Source: Methylophilaceae bacterium
GTDB lineage: Bacteria; Pseudomonadota; Gammaproteobacteria; Burkholderiales; Methylophilaceae
Assembly: GCA_048595445.1 (NCBI GenBank)
Contig: JBJPGD010000021.1
Location: 54,196-118,195 of the forward strand
Length of the DNA stretch: 64,000 nt
Direction: 5' to 3'
The position numbers were made by a program, and so were the translations under genes. A model generated the notes under the pieces. That model was given only the letters and a program-made list of their open reading frames with translations. It was not told where the DNA came from and did not search any database. Positions 20,634 through 30,449 of this stretch are shown here, one piece after another; position 1 is the stretch's first letter; the number at the start of each line of letters is the position of its first letter.

Positions 20634-21728
20634 TTAGATTGCTTGCGTAATAATTCCACCGCCAAGGCACACATTGCTTTCATAAACAACAGCAGATTGG
20701 CCAGGCGTGATTGCCCATTGTTTTTGACCGAAGCGAATGTCTACCTCACTAGTATTGACTGCATCAATTTCACATGGTGCATCCGGCTGGCGGTAACGCG
20801 TTTTGGCTGCATATACCCAGTTTGTTTGTGGATCTTCTTCACTTATCCAATGTAATTGACTCGCCTTCAGGCCGTCATTGCGTAATAGCGGGTGTTCATG
20901 CCCTTGAACAACGATTAACTCGTTGTTTACCATGTCTTTGGCTGCAACAAACCAAGGCTCACCGGTACTATCTCGGCTACCGCCAATTTTTAAGCCCTGG
21001 CGTTGCCCAAGTGTGTAATACATCAAGCCATCGTGCTGGCCGATGGCTTTGCCTTCCGGTGTTTTAATGACCCCTGGATTTTTAGGTAGGTAACGTGATA
21101 AGAATTCCTGAAAAGGCCGTTCGCCAATAAAGCAGATGCCAGTAGAGTCTTTTTTCTCTGCATTAGCTAACCCTGCTTTACGCGCCATCTCGCGCACTTC
21201 ACGTTTTAAATATGTTCCCAATGGAAATAGTGTTTTACTCAGCTGCGCTTGATTTAATCGGTATAAGAAGTAACTTTGATCTTTGCTGCCATCATCCGCT
21301 TTCATTAATTGATAGCTGCCTTGTTTCAATGGATTTTCACGCACTTGTGCGTAGTGACCGGTCGCAATTAAATCTGCACCCATGTCCATCGCGTGATCTA
21401 AAAATGCCTTAAATTTAATCTCAGCATTACACAAAATATCTGGATTAGGCGTGCGGCCAGCTTTGTATTCGGATAAGAAATTTGTAAAGACTTTATCTTT
21501 GTATTCTTTGCTGAAATTGACGGCTTCAATATCAATGCCTAGCTTGTCCGCAACTGATACGGCATCAATTAAATCTTGCTTGCTCGCGCAGTATTCATCA
21601 TCGTCATCATCTTCCCAATTTTTCATGAAAAGACCAGTGACATCATAGCCTTGCTGCTTTAATAACATAGCCGTGACTGAAGAATCAACGCCGCCAGATA
21701 AGCCGACAATTACTTTTTGTTTACTCAT
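20634..21728 (-). CDS. mnmA: tRNA 2-thiouridine(34) synthase
   Basis: PP-loop GLSGGVDSS. 364 aa. Confidence 0.95.
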   Translation of the reverse strand: MSKQKVIVGLSGGVDSSVTAMLLKQQGYDVTGLFMKNWEDDDDDEYCASKQDLIDAVSVADKLGIDIEAVNFSKEYKDKVFTNFLSEYKAGRTPNPDILCNAEIKFKAFLDHAMDMGADLIATGHYAQVRENPLKQGSYQLMKADDGSKDQSYFLYRLNQAQLSKTLFPLGTYLKREVREMARKAGLANAEKKDSTGICFIGERPFQEFLSRYLPKNPGVIKTPEGKAIGQHDGLMYYTLGQRQGLKIGGSRDSTGEPWFVAAKDMVNNELIVVQGHEHPLLRNDGLKASQLHWISEEDPQTNWVYAAKTRYRQPDAPCEIDAVNTSEVDIRFGQKQWAITPGQSAVVYESNVCLGGGIITQAI

Positions 21729-22231
21729 AAGTGTGTAATCGTTTCTAATGGATATTGTTTGCCAGCAAGATAGTCTTCAAAGCAAGTCAGCACTTGGGAA
21801 CTCCGCATAACAGCTTGTTTATCACGAATCTCATCTATGCTCATCCAGGTGGCCCTGAGAATACCATCATCTAGCGCTTGATCAGGGTAATGCGCACCGA
21901 CATTCCCAATAAATGCAAAACGCAAGTAGGTTGTGTCATTGTGGTCATGTTTCCAATGGTAAATACCTAGCAATGCGTCAGGGCTGAAGTCGTATGCGGT
22001 TTCTTCTAACGTTTCTCTAATCACAGCTTGTATGATGGTTTCATTATCTTCTAAATGGCCTGCTGGTTGATTGTAACGATTGCCACGACTGGTTGTTTCT
22101 TCTACTAATAAAAACTTTCCGTTTTTTTCAACAATCGCTGCGACAGTCGCATTCGGTTTCCACTGTTCTTTTTTAAAGGGCTCTTTTTTTAGGCGTTCTG
22201 TTTTCACATTGTGTGCTTTTGATGGATTCAT
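21725..22231 (-). CDS. NUDIX hydrolase
   Basis: Nudix box [22 protein letters not shown]. Overlaps the mnmA start by 4 nt. Confidence 0.85.
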   Translation of the reverse strand: MNPSKAHNVKTERLKKEPFKKEQWKPNATVAAIVEKNGKFLLVEETTSRGNRYNQPAGHLEDNETIIQAVIRETLEETAYDFSPDALLGIYHWKHDHNDTTYLRFAFIGNVGAHYPDQALDDGILRATWMSIDEIRDKQAVMRSSQVLTCFEDYLAGKQYPLETITHL

Positions 22232-22345
22232 TGTTATTTTACGCTAAGCTGAACTTTGCGGATATATCAATCATGACATGCACCGGAAGAGTTGGCAGTA
22301 CAAGAAGTGTTTGGTAATAATCACAGAGTCAATTAAAGTGTTGTC

Positions 22346-22939
22346 ATGGTCGCTAAAAAGAATACACAAATGGTCATTTTGGCCTCTAGAAGTCCTCGCC
22401 GTATAGAATTGCTAAAACAAGTTGGTATTGACTGTATTGTCTTACCATCAGATGTAGATGAGTCCGTTCTTCAAGATGAATCGCCAGTAGATTACGTCAA
22501 ACGCCTCGCTCACAAAAAAGTGTTGGTGACTGCAAACAGCATGAAGCGCGAATATTCGCATTTATGTGTGTTGGCTGCAGATACGACAGTCAGCCTGCAA
22601 GGTGAAATTTTAGGTAAGCCTGAGAACGATGCAGATGCATTTGAAATGTTAAAAAAACTATCAGCTAAAAAGCATGAGGTACATACCGCTGTGGCAGTCA
22701 GTTTCCATGGCAATACAAAAGTGATGTTGAGTTCCACAAATGTCGAGATGATGCGACTGACTGAGGATATGATTAATACCTACATCACATCTGCAGAGCA
22801 TAGAGATAAGGCGGGTAGTTATGGTATTCAGGGCAGGGCTGCCGCATGGGTGAAACATATTGAAGGTAGTTATTCAGGTGTCATGGGACTACCTTTATTT
22901 GAGACCGTACAACTGATCAATAAAATCACATCTACATAA
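22346..22939 (+). CDS. maf: Maf-family nucleoside triphosphate pyrophosphatase
   Basis: ILASRSPRRIELL N-terminus. 197 aa. The start may instead be the ATG at 22370. Confidence 0.88.
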   Translation: MVAKKNTQMVILASRSPRRIELLKQVGIDCIVLPSDVDESVLQDESPVDYVKRLAHKKVLVTANSMKREYSHLCVLAADTTVSLQGEILGKPENDADAFEMLKKLSAKKHEVHTAVAVSFHGNTKVMLSSTNVEMMRLTEDMINTYITSAEHRDKAGSYGIQGRAAAWVKHIEGSYSGVMGLPLFETVQLINKITST

Positions 22940-22962
22940 ATTACATTTTAAAAGAGTAAACA

Positions 22963-24423
22963 TTGGGACAAGAAATACTAATTAATGTAACACCGCAAGA
23001 AACACGAGTGGCGGTGTTAGAGCAAGGCGTTGCACAAGAACTACATATTGAGCGAAGTTCATCACTTGGTATTGTTGGTAACATCTATTTTGGAAAAGTG
23101 TGCCGTGTATTGCCAGGTATGCAATCTGCCTTTGTTGAAGTGGGCTTGCAGCGCGCAGCTTTTTTGCATTCTGCAGATGTCAAAGGCTGCCAAAACGAAG
23201 ATGAAACACAAACAGGAAAGCCGATACAAGAAGTGCTGCATGAAGGTCAATCGATCATTGTGCAAGTCATTAAAGAGCCTATTGGTACTAAAGGTGCTCG
23301 CCTGACAACGGAGATCAGTATAGCTGGACGCTTCTTAGTGTATTTGCCTCATCAAGAACATATTGGCGTATCACAACGAATAGAAGATGAAGCGGAGCGT
23401 GAATTGTTACGTAATCGTTTATTAGGCTTATTACCCGAAGATAGAAAAGGCGGCTATATTATTCGCACCATGTCTGAAACTGCAACAGATGAAGAGCTGT
23501 TGTCAGATATCGAATATTTACAAAAAGTTTGGGCAAAGATCCAAAAGGATAGTCAAACAGCCGGTGAACGCTCGCTAATTTTCTATGATTTAAGTTTACC
23601 TAGGCGTGTTTTAAGAGATATCGTCAATACAAACACTAGCTGTATTCGCGTTGATTCAAAAGAGACTTATACGCTCATGAAAGAGTTTGCTGAGTTGTAT
23701 GTCGTTAATGCACTCAAACCATTAAGTCACTATCAAGGTCAGCGGCCTATTTTTGATTTCTACAATATTGAAAAAGAATTTGAACTGGCTTTCCTACGTA
23801 AAGTGGGCCTCAACTCAGGCGGTTATTTAATTTTTGATCAAACAGAAGCGTTGACGACTGTTGATGTTAATACAGGTAGTTTTGTCAGTGGAAAAAACCT
23901 TTCCGATACTATTTTTAAAACCAATTTGGAGGCGGCGCAAAGCATAGCGCAGCAATTAAGATTGCGCAATTTAGGCGGTATTATCATTATCGACTTTATC
24001 GATATGGATGAGGATGCACAGCGTGAAAAAGTACTCGAAGAACTGGAAAAGGCGGTCAGTATTGACCGGGCACGTACGAATGTGAATGGTTTTACACAGC
24101 TAGGCCTAGTAGAAATGACGCGTAAGCGTACACGTGAAAGTCTGGCGCATTTGTTATGTGAGCCATGTGAAGTATGTCAGGGGCGAGGGGAATATAAGAC
24201 CGCACAAACGATTGCGTATGAAATTATGCGCGAGTTGTTACGTGAGTCGAAGCAATTCGAAGCTAAAGAGTTTAAGGTGATTGCATCACCATGTGTCATT
24301 GATTTGCTTCAAGATGAGGAGTCACAAAGCTTGGCTAATCTATCTGACTTTATTGGGAAACGCGTCGTGCTACAAGTTGATAGTCAATACTCACGCGAAG
24401 TGTTTAATATTGTTTGGAGTTAA
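22963..24423 (+). CDS. rng: ribonuclease G
   Basis: 486 aa with an S1 domain plus the RNase E/G catalytic core. Follows maf in the usual order. TTG start. Confidence 0.92.
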   Translation: MGQEILINVTPQETRVAVLEQGVAQELHIERSSSLGIVGNIYFGKVCRVLPGMQSAFVEVGLQRAAFLHSADVKGCQNEDETQTGKPIQEVLHEGQSIIVQVIKEPIGTKGARLTTEISIAGRFLVYLPHQEHIGVSQRIEDEAERELLRNRLLGLLPEDRKGGYIIRTMSETATDEELLSDIEYLQKVWAKIQKDSQTAGERSLIFYDLSLPRRVLRDIVNTNTSCIRVDSKETYTLMKEFAELYVVNALKPLSHYQGQRPIFDFYNIEKEFELAFLRKVGLNSGGYLIFDQTEALTTVDVNTGSFVSGKNLSDTIFKTNLEAAQSIAQQLRLRNLGGIIIIDFIDMDEDAQREKVLEELEKAVSIDRARTNVNGFTQLGLVEMTRKRTRESLAHLLCEPCEVCQGRGEYKTAQTIAYEIMRELLRESKQFEAKEFKVIASPCVIDLLQDEESQSLANLSDFIGKRVVLQVDSQYSREVFNIVWS

Positions 24424-24448
24424 CAAACAGGGCGTTTCGAAAGGGTTA

Positions 24449-25024
24449 TTAGAAAATAGCTACAAGACTTCTTTCTAATGTTGCAATAACGGATATGTTA
24501 AGCATCTGCAACAAAATAATGGCAACAAAAGGTGAGAAATCAATGCCACTCACAGTGGGAATGATTTTTTGAATAGGTCCAAGTATCGGTCGCGTTAGAC
24601 TATTCAATACGGGTGCAATCGGGGTGTTTGGGTTTACCCAGCTTAAAATAACTTGAATGAAAATAGCGTAGAAAAATATATCGAATACGGTGCGTACTAA
24701 CCCAAGCACGCTTAAGCCCAATACACTAGGCCAAACAGGTACATCAGCAACCGTTATCGGGAAGTCGCGCAACCAAAGTAAAGCCAGTTGCAGTAGAAGC
24801 TGTGTGATAAATGCGAGCACCAGTGTCGATAAGTCTGTTTTCTTCCAGCTAGGGATAAATCTACGTGCAGGTTTTACAGCAAAGTCGGTAAGTGCCATTA
24901 CTATCTGACCGACAGGATTGTGGAATGAAGTTTTAAATGCTTGCATTAAAAATCGTATTAAAAACATCATCGTTAAAATGTTTAGAATGGTACTCAGTAA
25001 AAAATGTGTAGCGGTTGAAATCAT
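24449..25024 (-). CDS. yggT: YggT-family membrane protein
   Basis: 191 aa, 4-5 TM helices. Sits in the yggS-proC-yggT synteny block. Confidence 0.8.
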   Translation of the reverse strand: MISTATHFLLSTILNILTMMFLIRFLMQAFKTSFHNPVGQIVMALTDFAVKPARRFIPSWKKTDLSTLVLAFITQLLLQLALLWLRDFPITVADVPVWPSVLGLSVLGLVRTVFDIFFYAIFIQVILSWVNPNTPIAPVLNSLTRPILGPIQKIIPTVSGIDFSPFVAIILLQMLNISVIATLERSLVAIF

Positions 25025-25065
25025 ATTGCCTGTTCTTTAATTGATTTAGTAGTTGGTATAGTTTT

Positions 25066-25878
25066 TTAGTTAATGTTGGCTAACTCATCGCCTAATGTAA
25101 TGGCGCGATGGTGTGCTTTCTCAGCAGCCAATTTAATGGCTGCTTTGACTTTCGAATTCTCTAAACTCATCAGACCTTGTTCAGTCGTGCCTTTTTTGGA
25201 GGTCACCTGTTCTCGTAATGTAGAAACTGGATTTTTGCTTGCATCAGCCAGTAAGCTAGCTCCTTTAAAAGTAGCAATGCTGAGTTGTTTTGCATCTTCT
25301 GCATTTAAGCCTAATGAAAGTGCTGCTTCTTCTAATGCTTCTATTAAGTAAAACACATAGGCAGGGCCACTGCCAGATATTGCTGTAACAGCATCTAGCT
25401 TATCTTCAGTATCTAACCATAAGGTTACGCCGGCAGCACTTAATACCTGGTCCGCCATTGATCTTTGTTGTTTTGAAACTTGTGGTAAAGCGTACAAGCC
25501 GGTGATGCCTGCTTGAATCTGGGCTGGCGTGTTTGGCATAGCACGTACGATGGTTTGATAGTTGTTTAGCCAAAAGCTTAAATCCTTAAGCCGCACGCCA
25601 GCCGCAATAGAAACGACTAGCTGTTTGCTTAATAATGGCGCAAGTGCTTTTGCTAATGTGGGTAATTGCTGAGGCTTAATGGCTAACACGATGGTTTCGC
25701 AATTGACAGTGTCAGCGAGATTGGTTGTGGTCAGTACGCCAAACTTTTCTTGCAGTGCATCCCTTTTGTTATCGTCAAGTTCTACGATAGTGATATCAGA
25801 CATGATGAAGTTTTGGCTTTTAAGCCCTGCCAGCAGAGCTTGCGCCATATTGCCGCCGCCAATAAATGCTAATTTCAT
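25066..25878 (-). CDS. proC: pyrroline-5-carboxylate reductase
   Basis: MKLAFIGGGNMAQALL Rossmann N-terminus at the ATG at 25878. The ORF-track upstream extension would overlap yggS. Confidence 0.92.
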   Translation of the reverse strand: MKLAFIGGGNMAQALLAGLKSQNFIMSDITIVELDDNKRDALQEKFGVLTTTNLADTVNCETIVLAIKPQQLPTLAKALAPLLSKQLVVSIAAGVRLKDLSFWLNNYQTIVRAMPNTPAQIQAGITGLYALPQVSKQQRSMADQVLSAAGVTLWLDTEDKLDAVTAISGSGPAYVFYLIEALEEAALSLGLNAEDAKQLSIATFKGASLLADASKNPVSTLREQVTSKKGTTEQGLMSLENSKVKAAIKLAAEKAHHRAITLGDELANIN

Positions 25879-25906
25879 GACTGTTTTCAATTCATTCTTT
25901 AAAGGT

Positions 25907-26593
25907 TTAAGTTTTAGTCCGTTCGCCAAAGATTGCGGAACCAATACGCACAATAGTAGCACCTTCTGCGATGGCTGCCACGTAGTCATTTGACATGCCA
26001 ATCGACAATGTGTCGATTTCAAAGCCGTTTTGCTGTAAGGCTGTATAGGCGTCTTTTACTATTTTAAATTGCATGCGTTGTTTTGCAATATCTTCTGTAA
26101 AAGCTGGGATAGACATTAACCCTCTGAATTTTATATTGGGCAGCATAGTGATCTCGCGCGCTAAGTCTTTTAATTCTTGCGTTTGAATACCGCTTTTAGA
26201 CGACTCCTCACTACTATTGACTTGAATGCAAATGTTCAAAGGAGGTAATGTGGGTGACCTTGCAATTGATAAGCGCTGTGCAATTTTTAACCTGTCTACA
26301 GAATGTACCCAGCTGAAGTGTTGTGCAATGAGTTGCGTTTTATTACTTTGTATTGGGCCAATAAAGTGCCATTCGATGTTGCAATCACCCAACAAACTTT
26401 TTTTGTTAATGGCTTCTTGCAAATAGTTTTCTCCAAATGCAGTTTGACCTGCCAGGTAAGCTTCTCTAAGCTTTTCAGCGCTTTGCGCCTTACTGACAGC
26501 GAGCAATTTAACGTTATCTTGGCGTTTCGCGCTTAATCTTGCTTGAAGAATATTTGCTTGAATAACTTGCAAGGAGTTAGCAATTATGGTCAT
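25907..26593 (-). CDS. yggS: YggS-family pyridoxal-phosphate homeostasis protein
   Basis: 228 aa with an alanine-racemase-N fold pattern (LLAVSKAQ...FGENYLQE). Confidence 0.9.
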   Translation of the reverse strand: MTIIANSLQVIQANILQARLSAKRQDNVKLLAVSKAQSAEKLREAYLAGQTAFGENYLQEAINKKSLLGDCNIEWHFIGPIQSNKTQLIAQHFSWVHSVDRLKIAQRLSIARSPTLPPLNICIQVNSSEESSKSGIQTQELKDLAREITMLPNIKFRGLMSIPAFTEDIAKQRMQFKIVKDAYTALQQNGFEIDTLSIGMSNDYVAAIAEGATIVRIGSAIFGERTKT

Positions 26594-26661
26594 AATTCAA
26601 GTATCTTAAAGAATATACTTTATGTAAAGTCTTAAGTATAAAATGACAACAGGAGTTAAAA

Positions 26662-27705
26662 GTGGATATTTCAGATTTGCTTGCCTTTTCAGTAAAAAAT
26701 AAAGCTTCAGACTTGCATCTGTCTGCTGGTCTGCCACCGATGATTCGTGTGCATGGAGATGTCCGCAAAATTAATGTGCCGACTATGGACCATACGCAAG
26801 TACATGACATGGTGTATGACATTATGAATGATGGGCAGCGCAAGGTATATGAAGAAACGTTAGAATGCGATTTCTCATTTGAGATCCCTAATCTTGCGCG
26901 TTTTCGTGTGAATGCATTTAATCATAACCGTGGCTCAGGTGCCGTTTTCCGTACCATTCCATCCAAAATTTTGACGTTAGAAGAACTTAATTGCCCAGCA
27001 ATTTTTAAAGATATTGCAGATACGCCACGCGGAATTGTGTTAGTAACCGGACCAACAGGTTCTGGTAAGTCAACAACGCTAGCAGCAATGGTTGATTATG
27101 TTAATGAAAATGAGATGGGGCATATCTTAACAGTAGAAGATCCGATTGAATTTGTACATATATCGAAAAAATCACTCATTAACCAGCGTGAAGTTGGGCC
27201 CCATACCTTATCATTCCAGAATGCTTTGCGCTCAGCATTACGTGAAGACCCTGATGTCATTCTAGTGGGTGAGATGCGAGATCTCGAAACGATTCGCTTA
27301 GCGCTTAGCGCCGCTGAAACAGGTCATTTGGTTTTTGGCACATTGCATACGAGTTCCGCAGCAAAAACAGTGGATCGTATTATTGACGTATTTCCTGCGG
27401 CAGAAAAAGAAATGGTGCGCTCAATGCTATCTGAATCCTTACGTGCGGTGATTTCACAAACACTATGTAAGACAAAAGATGAGCAAGGTCGCTGTGCAGC
27501 CCATGAAATTATGATTGGTACACCAGCTATTCGTAATTTGATACGAGAAAATAAAGTCGCACAAATGTATTCAGCCATTCAAACAGGGCAAAATATTGGC
27601 ATGCAGACCTTAGATCAAAACTTGCAAGATTTGGTTAGAAGAAACGTCATATCTGTAGCAGAAGCGCGTGGTAAAGCTGCAAATAAAGACTCTATTAATG
27701 GTTAA
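26662..27705 (+). CDS. pilT: type IV pilus twitching-motility (retraction) ATPase PilT
   Basis: MDISDLLAFSVKNKASDLHLSAG N-terminus. Walker A GPTGSGKST. AIRNLIRE motif. GTG start. Confidence 0.95.
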   Translation: MDISDLLAFSVKNKASDLHLSAGLPPMIRVHGDVRKINVPTMDHTQVHDMVYDIMNDGQRKVYEETLECDFSFEIPNLARFRVNAFNHNRGSGAVFRTIPSKILTLEELNCPAIFKDIADTPRGIVLVTGPTGSGKSTTLAAMVDYVNENEMGHILTVEDPIEFVHISKKSLINQREVGPHTLSFQNALRSALREDPDVILVGEMRDLETIRLALSAAETGHLVFGTLHTSSAAKTVDRIIDVFPAAEKEMVRSMLSESLRAVISQTLCKTKDEQGRCAAHEIMIGTPAIRNLIRENKVAQMYSAIQTGQNIGMQTLDQNLQDLVRRNVISVAEARGKAANKDSING

Positions 27706-27721
27706 TCGTTAGGAATTAGAA

Positions 27722-28858
27722 ATGGAACAAGGTCAAGCTGAGAAGTTTGTATTTGATTTGCTTAGAATGATGATAAGCAAAAAAGCATCAGATTTGTTTA
27801 TCACAGCGGGTTTCCCACCTGCGATGAAAGTAGACGGGAAAATGACACCTGTCAACTCTCAAGCGTTGTCACCACAGCAAGCGCGTGAAATATCTCGCTC
27901 GATTATGAATGATAAGCAAGCTGCAGAGTTTGAAGAAAGTAACGAATGTAATTTTGCTATTGGCCTTCCGAATGTAGCACGATTTCGTGTGAATGCATTT
28001 GTACAACGTGGATCTGTAGGATTGGTATTTAGGACAATTACTTCTAAAATTCCGGATATGGATGAACTCGGTTTGCCAGCAGTGCTTAAAGATGTTGCGA
28101 TGACTAAACGCGGCTTGGTTATATTAGTTGGTGGCACAGGTTCTGGTAAGTCAACTACTTTGGCGGCAATGGTCGGTTACCGTAATAAAAATAGCTACGG
28201 CCATATTATTACGATTGAAGACCCCATTGAGTTTGTGCATGACCATCAGAATTGTGTGATTACACAGCGTGAAGTCGGTGTTGATACGGATAGCTGGCAT
28301 ATTGCACTTAAGAATACTTTGCGACAAGCACCAGATGTTATTCTGATTGGTGAAATACGTGATAGAGAGACAATGGATTATGCCGTAGCCTTTGCTGAAA
28401 CGGGTCATTTATGCATGTCTACGCTGCATGCTAATAGTACTAACCAAGCATTAGATAGGATCATTAATTTCTTCCCTGAGGAACGTCGGCATCAATTGTT
28501 GATGGACTTGTCTTTAAATGTTCGTGCGTTTATTTCGCAGCGACTTGTTCCTAAGATTGATGGTATTGGTCGTGTGGCCGCAATTGAAGTTATGCTGAAC
28601 TCACCTTTGATCGCAGATTTAATTTTCAAAGGTGATGTGCATGAAATTAAATCAATTATTAGCAAGTCGAGAGAGATTGGTATGCAGACGTTTGACCAAG
28701 CATTGTTTGATTTGTATGAAGATGGAAAGGTTAGCTACGAAGATGCCTTGCGCAATGCAGATTCTGTGAATGATTTAAGGCTAAAATTCAAGTTGGAAGG
28801 TAAGGCATCTAAAGATAAAGATATCTCTTCTGGCCTGGATCATATGGGGATGGTTTAA
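27722..28858 (+). CDS. pilU: PilT/PilU-family type IVa pilus ATPase PilU
   Basis: Paralogue immediately downstream of pilT. Walker A GGTGSGKST. Confidence 0.9.
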   Translation: MEQGQAEKFVFDLLRMMISKKASDLFITAGFPPAMKVDGKMTPVNSQALSPQQAREISRSIMNDKQAAEFEESNECNFAIGLPNVARFRVNAFVQRGSVGLVFRTITSKIPDMDELGLPAVLKDVAMTKRGLVILVGGTGSGKSTTLAAMVGYRNKNSYGHIITIEDPIEFVHDHQNCVITQREVGVDTDSWHIALKNTLRQAPDVILIGEIRDRETMDYAVAFAETGHLCMSTLHANSTNQALDRIINFFPEERRHQLLMDLSLNVRAFISQRLVPKIDGIGRVAAIEVMLNSPLIADLIFKGDVHEIKSIISKSREIGMQTFDQALFDLYEDGKVSYEDALRNADSVNDLRLKFKLEGKASKDKDISSGLDHMGMV

Positions 28859-28888
28859 ACATTCAATTCAATGTAATGTGAACTAACT

Positions 28889-28919
28889 AAAAAAGCCGAT
28901 ATTGCTATCGGCTTTTTTG
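28889..28919. terminator. bidirectional rho-independent terminator
   Basis: AAAAAAGCCGAT-attgct-ATCGGCTTTTTT between convergent pilU and the OmpA-like gene. Confidence 0.7.
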
Positions 28920-28946
28920 TTGGCGCAAGAGTTGTTAATCTAGAAC

Positions 28947-29714
28947 TTATTCTATAGAAACTTCTACTCTTCTAGCTTCGTTTAAATCACCAGTACCCTC
29001 TACGCTTGCTGGCTTACGCATTTCAACTCTGTCTGCTTCAATACCAGCGCCTAAAATAGCATCATAAACTGATTGGGCGCGTTTTTTTGCTAACTGGATG
29101 TTTCTACTAAGACTGCCAGTGGGGTCATGGTAGCCAGAAACAACTGCTTTTGCACTTGGGTTGTTATTAAGCCAAGTGGTGATAGGGCCAAGCGTTGCTT
29201 GGCTATCAGCAGGTAATCTGTGTACACCGGTATCAAAATACAATTTTGCAGCAGCAGGAGCCATCGCTACAGGCGCTGCCATTCCCACAGTTATTTGATT
29301 GTCTACAGAAACATATGGGCCGAAAAACGCTTGTGCATCAGAACCTTTTTGCTGTTTAACTTCTTCAGAGTCAGCACTGCCAGTAAGGACAACAGAAGCG
29401 TCATCACCCTCGGCTTTAATACCACCACTCAGAAGTGCTTTAAGTGAATCTATGTTATCACCAGCCCAAGTGACCGTACTTGCATCACCCGTGCTTGTAA
29501 AATCATATTCACTAGCTGAAAAATTAAATACTTCAGTCACGATGCTAGTTTCTTCTATTGGCATTACTTCTGCTGCTGGCGCTGTTTCTACTGGAGCACT
29601 ACAACAAGTGTTGCTTGCGCCGTTGCCTGTGAGGTGCATCCAAAGCAGGATTAAGGCAAGTAGTAACGCAATAATCCAACTCCAGCGAGAATAACTCGAT
29701 TGATTGTTATGCAT
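28947..29714 (-). CDS. OmpA/MotB-like peptidoglycan-binding protein with N-terminal TM anchor
   Basis: C-terminal OmpA_C pattern (YFDTG...GYHDPTGS...N..LAKKRAQSV...RRVEV). N-terminal TM helix followed by NTCCS. Confidence 0.8.
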   Translation of the reverse strand: MHNNQSSYSRWSWIIALLLALILLWMHLTGNGASNTCCSAPVETAPAAEVMPIEETSIVTEVFNFSASEYDFTSTGDASTVTWAGDNIDSLKALLSGGIKAEGDDASVVLTGSADSEEVKQQKGSDAQAFFGPYVSVDNQITVGMAAPVAMAPAAAKLYFDTGVHRLPADSQATLGPITTWLNNNPSAKAVVSGYHDPTGSLSRNIQLAKKRAQSVYDAILGAGIEADRVEMRKPASVEGTGDLNEARRVEVSIE

Positions 29715-29730
29715 ATTTAGTCACCCTTAA

Positions 29731-30315
29731 TTATTTTTTAATGCCACCAGAAAGATCATCTTGTAACTTTTTGAGTTCTTTCCATTGGTTGTTAGCAGCA
29801 AGCTTTGCTTGTTTTGCCCAAGTGCTTGGGTTTGCCATACGGTAGCGCGAACCACCTTTATCCAAAATGGCACGCATCCGGGAAACTGGTGCAGTAGAAA
29901 CCTGTGTGAACGTTTTAAGACTATTGTTTTTAAATAGCTCATTAATCTTCGGCCCGATACCTTCGATTACAGTTAAATCATCAGCACTTTTGATTTTAAT
30001 ACCTGCGGCTCTAGCTGCTTTTAAGTCGATAGCAGCTTTTTTCGGCGCAGCTTTTGGTTTGGGCTTAGCCTTCGCTGGTGCAGCAGCTTTTTTAACGGGT
30101 GCTTTTTTAGGGGCGGGTGTAACGGCTTTTTTCATGACAGGAGCAGCCGCGACAGGGGTGCTAGCTACTTTGGCAGCTGGCGCTGGAGGTGGTGTTTGCT
30201 GGCTCACCGGTTCGACTTTTTTATTTTTACAGCATTTGCATAGCCAATAGTTAAGAAGCCATCCTAGTAATGCGCCAAGTAATAGCCACCATATACAACA
30301 TCCGAAAAAACTCAT
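29731..30315 (-). CDS. Cys-rich TM / Ala-Lys-Pro-rich / helix-hairpin-helix domain protein
   Basis: N-terminus FFGCCIWW...WLCKCCKNKK. About 70 aa of AKP low complexity. C-terminal DDLTVIEGIGPKINELF HhH motif. Confidence 0.55.
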   Translation of the reverse strand: MSFFGCCIWWLLLGALLGWLLNYWLCKCCKNKKVEPVSQQTPPPAPAAKVASTPVAAAPVMKKAVTPAPKKAPVKKAAAPAKAKPKPKAAPKKAAIDLKAARAAGIKIKSADDLTVIEGIGPKINELFKNNSLKTFTQVSTAPVSRMRAILDKGGSRYRMANPSTWAKQAKLAANNQWKELKKLQDDLSGGIKK

Positions 30316-30449
30316 TTTTACTCCCCAGTGAAATGAAAAATTCTAAAATAAATATTAAAACTTTAAGATTAGTACTATTACTGTCTTTTCATGGTACGTC
30401 AAGCCCATATTCTGGTAAAAAGTCTAATAATTGATTGAATTTACAATTC

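Noticed and set aside
29731-30315. The Pro/Ala/Lys-rich protein considered as a TonB for the nearby or remote exbBD.
   Set aside because: The C-terminus carries a helix-hairpin-helix signature rather than a TonB C-terminal domain. The gene is also 19 kb from exbBD, on the other strand.
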